Below, piece by piece: positions 11,202 through 20,000 of a stretch of DNA of 20,000 bases. Each line of letters opens with the position of its first letter. The stretch's first letter is position 1. The position numbers were made by a program, and so were the translations under genes. Origin of the DNA: Reclinomonas americana ATCC 50394 (lineage: Eukaryota); NCBI GenBank assembly GCA_048213135.1, contig PS015059.1:394618-414617 (forward strand), read 5' to 3'. The notes under the pieces are model-generated. The model was not told the DNA's origin. It did not search any database and saw only the letters and a list, made by a program, of their open reading frames with translations.

Positions 11202-13265
11202 CTCTCTCTCTCTCTCCCCAGATCTGCCGCAACAAGTCTACCACATGGTCGCTCTCTCGCATTCTCGACAATTCAGACAAACTTGCCTTACTGCCACCAA
11301 GTCTCTCACGCAGTCTCCCTCGCGCTCCCCGTCACTCATCTCTCACTTTCTCCTTCTCTCACGAACAAGCACGCGCGGCATCAGTCTGCATCGCGATGGT
11401 AAGTACGATCTGGCGATTGAGAATTATACGGCGGCGATTCAGAGGGAGCCGAGGAATCCAGTTGCGCGATAGGGGAGAAGAAAGGAGGGAAGGTGGAAGG
11501 GAGAGGGAGAGACTGGAAACGCAAATGTGCTGGAAGTGGGAGTCGAAGCGCCCCTTCCTGAACCAGTTGTCACCACCTCCCAGTTGTCACCACCTCCCCC
11601 TTCCTTCGTCTCACCTCTCTTCTTCTCCCCTCTCCTTCTCTCCTCCCATCTTTCCCCTTTTCTCCATTCTCCTTACCTCTCCCTCTTCTTTTCCCCTTTC
11701 CTTCCCTCTTCCCCCTTTCCCTCTCCTTCTCCCTCCCTCACCCCATTCCGCTCACCACCAAATGCTCGCGAAAAGCACCACGCAAATTGCTGTCGGTCAT
11801 CACATCGACAAATCCCACATCGCCCGACAGCAGCTTGGCCGCCAAATCACCAATATCACGGCCCGACGACGACAAGCTGGCGTGCTCCCGCATGATGCGC
11901 CACTCGCCGTAGACTGCCATCCACATCCACACTTGCAGTCCAAGATAGACGACAAAGACGACCGCGCAAGAGCCGACAATGATGAACGGCGAGGCAGCGC
12001 TTTGGTCAATTAGCCAGGCCAGCAGAAGGACTGCACATACACGGTTGAGCGGGTCCACGTGAACAACTGCAACACACACGCACGCGAGACGCAACAGCCA
12101 GTGGAGAAAAAATGAGTCAGTGCCACGACGGTGATCTCTTTCCGCATGCCGAGCGCGTCCCGAACATGCCGCACTGTCCAGGCCTTCCACAACATGGCGA
12201 TGCTGAGGATGAAACTCGTCCCGTTGCCGGTGATGGACACAAACCAGGCGAACCTACATCCTCTGCGGGTGATGACAATGTACACCAACAACAAGCACAA
12301 GCCCGAACATGCAAATCGCTCACTTGGCACATGCGCAGATGTTTTCCACTGAGCCCGAATTGAAGCGGCCTGTGAAGAGCTCAGGAGCGAGGATGGCCGG
12401 AATTCCGGCCGACAGGGCCAGCACCGAAAAGTTGACAATTAGCCAAATGGTAACAAGCCGCTTCTCGCTCACTTTCCTCTCGGCCTTGCGCACCGCCTCC
12501 GGATTCTTCGGCATGTACATGGGCATCGGTGTCGCCGTCTGTCGATCGCTCCTCTCCGGGGTCAGTCCTTCCGACGGTCTCGACGAGAAGGGCACAGAGT
12601 GCGGCAGCAATCCAGAGGAAGCTTCGCGTCGCTTGGCCTCCAGAAGGAGACGCGCACGATTGCCCGTGTATAACACCGCCAATCGATCGGCACGAAGCGA
12701 CTGCCACACGAGTTGAGCAGCAGAGGCAAGGGAATAGAGTGCGTATGGGAGTACGTAACATGAGCTCTCATGTACGACACAAAGCCCCACACTGTAAAGA
12801 TCGGAAACGCGCATAATCTGCAGGGAGAGGTGAGAGGGATGTGACAACAGCAGCTTGGGCGAGGGGCGGACCTGTAGAACTCTCCAAAGAGCAGAAACCA
12901 CAGACAGAAGGTGACAGTGCAGTTGCCGAGAATGATAAGCCAAGGGCCGCGTGGGCGCACAACAGGTGTGTTGCGGAACCAAATCCACATCTGCAATGAA
13001 TCACCAATGTCAATCTCTCTCAGTCATTGACTGAGTGCAGTCAATCAATGTTCGTATGTGTGAGTGTGAGTGAGACACAACGATGGTTGACACTGTCATG
13101 AAGAAGCCTCCGACGCCAAAGAAAGCTGTGCTCACTTCGAATGACCTGTGTGACGCGAGTGAGACAGAGGCAGACTGTGCGAATGAGTACTGACTCGACT
13201 GACCAGTCTTTGAAGTTGGTCTCGACTGAGATCAGCCATGCCTCGCAGCTGCCCAGCACACTCAT
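9790..13265 (-). CDS. 7TM-RGS protein, paralogue A (~552 aa, 13 exons): seven TM helices fused to a C-terminal RGS domain
   Basis: Exons 13204-13265, 13082-13145, 12872-12990, 12760-12817, 12324-12700, 12096-12253, 11756-12030, 10733-10753, 10476-10671, 10268-10305, 10087-10211, 9934-10014, 9790-9874. Seven hydrophobic segments with RNTPVVRPRGPWL, LRADRL and VRDALGMRKEI. RGS motifs AFREHLVEQLSVENLLFF, LAEEMYREFF...NELNL and LRMDCWPRFRNS. Exon phases, and most exon sizes, match paralogues B and C. Confidence 0.9.
11057..11320. repeat. Two-copy direct repeat (~95-bp core, ~165-bp period) inside intron 7 of 7TM-RGS A
   Basis: gatctgcc.ca.caagtcta...cgcattctcgacaattcagacaaa.ttgccttactgcc.ccaagtctc at 11057 and 11221, separated by a (CT)n tract. 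Confidence 0.85.
11370..11460 (+). other. Isolated TPR-encoding exon-like segment, antisense within intron 7 of 7TM-RGS A
   Basis: Pyrimidine tract plus aag acceptor, then TRGISLHRDGKYDLAIENYTAAIQREPRNP (TPR pattern G......G.Y..A...Y..AI...P), then a gttgcgc donor. No other exons of this gene were identified. Confidence 0.6.
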
Positions 13266-13667
13266 CTTTGGCAGAAGAGCAGGTGCGGGGAGACAATGTG
13301 CTCTCACACGGCCTTCTGTGTGGTGATTGGTCCTGCTGCTCACGGGACGACCCCTGCGCGAAGTCCCTTGCTTCTCTTGTCTGGCGAGGTGCATGGCAAA
13401 TGACAACAATCTCATTCACCAAAAAAAAAAACAAGCAACAGCTGTCTTGATGACCAAGTCCAACAATATCCATACGTCAACACGAACTTGAGGCAGCAGC
13501 AGGTCTTGACCTCCGATTTCCTGGCATAATTCTCCCTGCAACAACCCAAATGGCGCTGTGCCTCCTGGTGCCCTTTTTAACCTTGCATCCACGACCCACA
13601 TCGACGTCCGTCTCTGCCTCCGTCGCTGCCTTCCGATTGATTGCTGATTATTATATATTAGTTGATT

Positions 13668-15785
13668 CTACCACATGCTGGCTGCTTGCACTCGGATTTT
13701 CAGTTCGGTTCCCTCGCGGGCTACTTCCTTGAAGCGCTCCGAAGTGCGGAATCTGTGCGACGTGCAGAGGTGAGCAGGTGTGTGTATCGATATGGGAAAC
13801 GTTGATGCAATCGTGGAAACCTTGGCCAGCAGTCCATGCGTAGTGTCCGCAGCACGCTCTTCAATGCCGGTCCAAACACGCTGTCTCCAGAAGGCGGCGG
13901 TCTGCGGAGAGGTGGCGAGATGAGAAGAGAATGGGACAAGGAGAGAAGGCAGAGAAAAGGCAAGGATAGAGCTTGGCGACAAGGACAGAATGTGTGCATA
14001 GAGATGCAGGGAGCAGGTATCAGAATGATGAAGCAGAGAACGAGACGAAAGAAGAAGAGGAAGGATCAAACACTTAACTCTCTAACTCCCAGATTCCGTT
14101 TTTCCTGTCCTGCTTCATTCCCATCCCCTGCTCTCCTTTCTTCTTCCCCTCGTTCACTGTCTATCCACTTCTCATTTCCCCATTCATCATTCGCACCCCC
14201 TATCTCCCTCTCCGTTTTTCTTGCGCCCATTGTTCCATACCCACTTTCTTCATTTCGCTTGTTCCCCCCTTTCTCCATGTTCTCTCTGTGTGCACCTCTA
14301 AGAGTTCACTACTCTCCCTCTCTTCGTCGATCTCACTGTATCGTGCGGTCCTCGCCTCTTCTCTATCTTCTCCTCTCTTCATTCTCTTTAGTATCGGGTT
14401 CTCCTTCATCTTTCCCTCGTTCACTCTCTTTAATCCTTCTCTGCCCTTTCCCTTCTCCTCCCCTTCGACCCCCCCTTCCCTCCTCATGCACGCAACGGAT
14501 GAGATCCCAGCGGATCAAAATCCACTGGCTCCTCCGCACACACGGCCTGAGCGCGCTCCCAGAAAGACATGGTCGCCGGCTGCTCGAACTTGTTGCGTAC
14601 TCGGTTAATGGCCGACGCCGGCTATGCGGGCAGACAAGAGTCAGGCGCGAATGTGCTTCAATCCCGTCCTGCAAGCACCCTCTCTCTCGCTCTCACCAAG
14701 TTCAATTCGTTGACAGCGTCGTCAAGGAAGAAATCTGCGGCGGTGCAAGTGGGTGAGCAATCTCACGTTGGGAGACGTCCGTCTCCCACACCAACCTCTG
14801 TACATCTCCTCGGCCAGCTGCTCCGATGCATTACCCGGCACCGACTCCACTGCACCGCTGCTACTGCCGATGCTGGCCGGTGCCGTCCTCCTCCCCTTGC
14901 CCTCCCTCACGAGCGCCGCTCGCCACTCTTGGTATCGCTCAAAGAACAGCAACTGCGTTGCGATAGGATGAGAAGCCTGTACCATGCACAACACGCATAT
15001 CTCCCACTCACACACTCACATTCTCCACGCTGAATTGTTCCTGCATAACAGAATGAGACGTAAGCGAAAGTCTAGTCGTCGTCGATGCCTTCATCACGCA
15101 CAAACTCACCACCAGGTGCTCACGGAATGCACCGCGCAGCTCACCGTCGGTCATCACATCGTGGAAGCCGACCTCACCCGACAGCAACTTCTCCGCCAGA
15201 TCGTCACCAGCAGCACCCGCCAGCTGCGCACTTGCCGCTGCCTGCCGCATTATCCTCCACTCCTTGTAGATGACAGTCCATGTCCACGACTGGATGGCCA
15301 CCTGCGCCAGGAAAATCACGGCTGCCGACCCCGTGGTCACAAAGGGTGAGGCCACGGTCGTGTCGGCCGACCACGAAATCAACAAATCTGCCATAGGCGC
15401 AGCGTGGGCAATCCCGGCGTAGCGACCGCCATGCACAATCTGCAACGCAACATGTCGTGCTGACAAAGTTCACCACGGCAATGGCGGTGATCTCCTTGCG
15501 CATACCGAGTGCGTCCTTGACGTGGCGCACCGACCACGATTTCCACATCATGATGAGGCTCAAGAATACGTTGGCGGCGTTGGCCGCGATCGATACGTAC
15601 CAAGCGAACCTGGGAAGGGGGAAGAGTGGGGAAGGGGGAAGGGAGAAGGGAGAAGGGGGAAGGGGGAAGGGGAAGGGAAGGGAAAGGGGGAAGGCAAAGG
15701 GGGAAGGGGGAAGGGGGAAGAGGGAAGGGGGAAGGGGGAAGGTCAGAGAGCGAGAGGAAAGGAAACATGCATTCAACAAAGGGAG

Positions 15786-15818
<33 letters not shown>

Positions 15819-17955
15819 TAAGGAAGGCACGAGAGGGAGAGAGGAAGAGAGAGAAAGAATAAGTGAGAAGGAGAAGAGAAAGAGAGAGCGCAACAGGCAA
15901 GCAAACTGAGAGAGAGAGAGAAATGCCAGAGATAAAGAGGCAGAGAGAGAAAGAGAGAGACAGAAAAGAAAGACAGCAAAGACTACGAGATGGAGAAACC
16001 AAGGAGGACAGAGATCAGCTTTGACCACTACGCGCATACACACACGAGTTGAGAAAGAGAGAATGTGTGCGCGTGAGAAAGAGAGATGAAAGAGATAGAG
16101 ATACTGGAAGCGAGGCACAGAGTGTGAGACTCAGAAATCATGGAGGAGAGATTGCGAAGCAGAGAGGGAGGCAAGCAAAGTGACGAACAGAGAGAGAAGA
16201 GGCAGAACAAAAAATGGAGAGGAGAGCAGAGGAATCAAAGAAACAGACGGAGTGCACAGACGCAAACACACATACAGAGAGAGAAAGCACTGAGTTGCTC
16301 GTGGACTCTGATCCTCAGAAAATTCAAGCACTCTCCTCATCGCTTCTTTCGTCTGCTCTCTCCCTCTCTCTCTTCGCCTCCCTCTCTCCCTTTCTCCTTT
16401 TCCTTTCCCACAAACCTGGCACACGCACACAACTCGTTGTAATCCATCGCCGTATAGCTGTTGGTGAACATGGCCGGGTCCGCCGCCGCCGGGATGATCG
16501 CCGAAATGGCCAACACAATCGACGTGTAGATGGCCCAGGAGATTAGCAACCGTCGCTCGCTGACCTTTTTCATCGCATTCTGCATCGCCTGGTTATTCAA
16601 CGGCACATACTTGGGCGGCGGCTGCGGCACATCGCCATGCCGATTCGGCAGCAGCCCATCCGATGGTCTCGCCGAGTACGGCACCGAGTGCGGCAACTGC
16701 AAACTCGACGCCTCTCGTCGCTTCGCCTCCAACAGCAATCGTGCTTGATTGTTCGAATACAGCACCTTGATGCGATCCGCACGCAGCGACTGCGAAGCAG
16801 CTCAATTCAGCGATCGGAGAAGCAAGTGACGACGAAGCGGAGAAGAAGAGGCGCAACATGAGCTCGCATGCTGGCCGTGAAGCCCCACAGTGTAAACACA
16901 GGAAATACGCATAGTCTGCCACGCCACGTCAGTTCACCAGACAATATCACGCGACCACACAGTGTAGTGGTACGCACTGTCGTTGTGTGCCTATCAGCAG
17001 AAACCACATGCACAGCGAGGTGGAGGCATTGGCGAATATGACCAGCCACGGGCATCGTGGTCGCAGGATCGGTGAGTTGCGCATGACGAGCCACAGCTGC
17101 AATAGAGGGGGTAATGGAGAGGGTGTCAGAGGGGGTAATGGGGAAAGGAGGGAGTATGGAAGGGAGAGAGAGGAAGAGGAGGAGAAGAAGAAGAAGAGGA
17201 AGAAGAAGGCGAAGAAGAAGAAGAAGAGGGAGGAGGAGGAGGAGGAGGAGGAGGAGGAGGAGGAGGAGGAGGAGGAGGAGGAGGAAGAGAGAAGAAGAAG
17301 ACNNNNNNNNNNNNNNNNNNNNGAGGAGGAGGAGGAGGAGAAGAAGGGGAGAATGAGATGGAGGAGAAGACGAAGAAGACGAGGAAGAAGAAGAAGGACA
17401 AGGAGAAGGAGAGGAAGAATAAGAAGAAGAAGAAGAGAAGAAGTAGAAGTGGAAGAAGATGAAGGGAAAGAACTGCCCGTCTGTCATCTTCCTCTCTTTC
17501 TCTGCCGTGTCTTCTCTGTTCCTCTTTCTCTTTCACTCCCTCACTGCCTCTCTCTCTCTCGCTCTCTCTCTCCCTCTCCCTCTCACTCGTTCATTCATTC
17601 ATCCTCTCCCCCCTCCTCTCTCTCTCTCACAAGGCTCTCCCTGCCAATCGACCTCCTTTCATCCACTCATTCTCCTTGTCTGTCTTTCTCTCTCTCTTTC
17701 ATTCTCTCCCCCTCTTCTCTCTCACACACACATGTGAGAGTCATGTACGCAACAACAGCTGCAATGGAGTTCACTGCGCCAGCTGTGGCAAAGAGAATGG
17801 TGCTGACATGATACACCCTGCGTGCAGTCAACAACAACATGTCACATGTGACTGCAGTCTTTACGCGTTTCGCTGCTCATGCGCGCAAAGTACCATGGAT
17901 GATAGTTGAGGATAAGATGCGTGTACCAGCCGACACAGTCGCCCAGGGCGCTCAT
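13668..17955 (-). CDS. 7TM-RGS protein, paralogue B (~539 aa, 13 exons)
   Basis: Exons 17894-17955, 17754-17817, 16978-17096, 16858-16915, 16416-16789, 15452-15609, 15110-15387, 15020-15040, 14796-14952, 14697-14734, 14497-14621, 13821-13901, 13668-13752. Start MSALGDCVGWY aligns with MSVLGSCEAWL of A. Motifs RNSPILRPRCPWL, VKDALGMRKEI, FREHLVEQFSVEN, NELNL and DCWPRF are present. Confidence 0.9.
17303..17322. other. Assembly gap (20 N) inside an intronic (GAG/GAA)n microsatellite
   Basis: Run of N within the 17165-17460 purine triplet repeats. Confidence 0.99.
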
Positions 17956-18278
17956 GGCTCCTGCAACGCGATACGAATCTGGGAATATTTCGTTCGGTGG
18001 GACATAATTGATTGCTCTCGCAGAAACACGCGACGTTGACACGAGAAGAGACAGAGATGCATATTATTCTAAAGTGCTCTACATGGGAAGGGTTTTGACC
18101 AACCTCGATCTCCTCCACAGGCTCAAGGATTGAGAATGAAGTGTGCAGGTGTCGACGTCATAGATCGAGAAACAGGGTTTCGGCTGTATGAGGTGAAGGT
18201 TTGCGAAATGAAGAGGCAACTTGCAATCTGGTCGGCGATGGCAAACCTTGGTCGTATATCATCCGCCCAGCTGCACTC

Positions 18279-18460
18279 GTGAGCTCTCTTCTGTGAATCC
18301 ATTAACTACGATCCTCCTCCTGTCCTCGATCGTACGAACTCAGCACATCTGTGAGCTCTCTTCTACGTTTCCTTAAGCCTCGAACCTCCCGTCTCCCCCC
18401 CTCTCCATTAAGCCGTCATACTCTGCACCACTGTGAGCTCTCTTCTCCGTATCCTCCTTT
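18279..18460. repeat. Three degenerate ~75-bp repeats between 7TM-RGS C and B
   Basis: gtgagctctcttct occurs at 18279, 18351 and 18433. Confidence 0.6.
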
Positions 18461-18489
18461 CCTTTGACGCAATTATTACTAGCATTACA

Positions 18490-19927
18490 TTACCACACGC
18501 TGGCAGTGGCAGCCTGCAAGCGAATTCTCATCTCTATGCCCTCTCGTGAGGCCTCCTTGAAGAGTTCGGAGTTGCGGAATCTACCACACCACGCTGCATG
18601 TAAGCCGAAGGGTGAATCTGTCGACGCAACAACAACAACGACGACAACGCACCTCGGCCAGCAGTCCATTCGCAGCGTGCGCAACACGCTTTTCAGTGCC
18701 GGACCAAACACACCATCTCCCGACGGCGGAGCACTGCGCATTTTACCACGAATGAGCAAAACTGCGACGTCTCCTTGCACATTCACACACGCAACGGATG
18801 TGAACCAAGCGGGTCAAAGTCCACTGGCTCCTCAGCGCACACGGCTTGCACGCGCTCCGGGAACGACATGTTTGCTGGCTCCTCGAATTTCCTTCGCACG
18901 CGAGTCATGGCAGAGGCCGGCTGGTGGTACGGTGAGCATCGTTTGTGGACGGAGTCTCGCACGAACTCACTCACCACATTGAGCTCACTTGGCGCATTCA
19001 CCGCAAAGAACTCTGCGGGTGACGACTCGAATGAGTGCACTTCACGACCTTTTGCCAGGCCCCCACAACACTCACCTCTGTACATCTCCTCCGCCAGCTG
19101 CTCGGAGTGGCCGACGTGCGAGAACGGCGACGACAACACGTCACCACTCTTGAGGCTGGCCACACTGCCCAGCGACTGCGAGGACTGATCCCCGACTGGC
19201 TGTCGCAGTCCCTTGCCCTCTCGCACCAGAGCCGCACGCCATTCTTGGTGCCTCTCAAAAAACAACAGCTGAACACGCAAAGATATGAGCCAATCTGTAA
19301 CAAGTTTGCCCTTGTCCACCACCAAACGCACATTCTCCACACTGAGTTGCTCCTGTGCATCAAAAAGCGCGCGAGGGTGAGCGAGTACGCACAACAGGGT
19401 TTCTCAACCACCGAGACACGAACCACCAGGTGCTCCCGAAACGCGTCTCGCAGCGCCGAGTCGGTCATCACATCGACAAAGCCGACGTCCCCATCCAGCA
19501 GCTTCTCCGCGAGTCCATCACGATCGCCTCCACCAATCGTTGACGAAAGGCTTCTCTCCCGACGAAGCAGGCGCCACTCTCTGTAGATGACGAGCCAAGT
19601 GATCACTTGCAGGATGCAAAACGCCGAGACGATGCACGCGGCTGAGCCGACGATGATGAACGGCGAAATGGCTGTTCTGTCAATCGCCCACGACGTCACT
19701 AAATCTGCACACACAAGTATGTCAGCCGACAAACAAGAAACTGACGTGAGTCGGTCCCTTTCACGCAACAGCCGGTGCTGAAAAAGTGCACCATGGCGGC
19801 CACCGTAATCTCCTTGCGCATACCGAGTGCGTCCTTGACGTGCCGAATTCTCCACGCCTTCCACAACATGACGATGCTGAACAGGAAGCTGATGCCGTTG
19901 CCGGTAAGCGATACCGCGTAGGCGAAC
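18490..19927 (-). CDS. 7TM-RGS protein, paralogue C (3' part; exons 1-5 lie beyond the window end)
   Basis: Exons 19770-19927, 19424-19704, 19332-19352, 19076-19268, 18975-19012, 18796-18920, 18653-18733, 18490-18580 are homologous to exons 6-13 of A and B (VKDALGMRKEI, FREHLVEQLSVEN, SELNV, DCWPRFRNS). Confidence 0.88.
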
Positions 19928-20000
19928 CTGGAGCCACAGGGGAGATATGAGGTCGAAGGAGAGAGGGGGGAAGGGAAGGAGGAGGAGGAGGAGGAGGAGG

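Noticed and set aside
13416-13601. Short minus-strand ORF between 7TM-RGS B and A as an extra N-terminal exon
   Set aside because: It has no counterpart upstream of B, and A and B already align from their Met codons with identical 62-nt first coding exons.
16987-17811. Poly-Glu/Lys/Arg ORF resembling an acidic-basic nuclear protein
   Set aside because: It is a GAG/GAA microsatellite on the antisense strand of intron 2 of 7TM-RGS B and includes a gap.

Overview
Intron-rich eukaryotic (protist-like) draft genome window with many CT/GA microsatellites and three N gaps. Most supplied ORFs are shadows or intron read-through. Manual splicing gives: (1) a partial minus-strand gene (50-1799) with two tandem dynein stalk-head (microtubule-binding domain)-like modules that share intron positions, with no motor domain visible; (2) a plus-strand syntaxin-8-like Qc-SNARE (3095-6987) with His at the zero layer; (3) a minus-strand Cys-rich membrane protein of unknown function (7126-9253); (4) a head-to-tail array of three 7TM-RGS (GPCR-like plus RGS) paralogues (9790-13265, 13668-17955, 18490->19927). 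About a third of the inferred 5' splice sites read GTTNNG(T), mostly GTTGCGT, which is the ordinary donor shifted by one base. Long introns are purine-rich first and pyrimidine-rich last, and an orphan antisense TPR exon sits inside an intron of the first 7TM-RGS gene. All gene models and family calls were made by eye and need RNA-seq and HMM confirmation.
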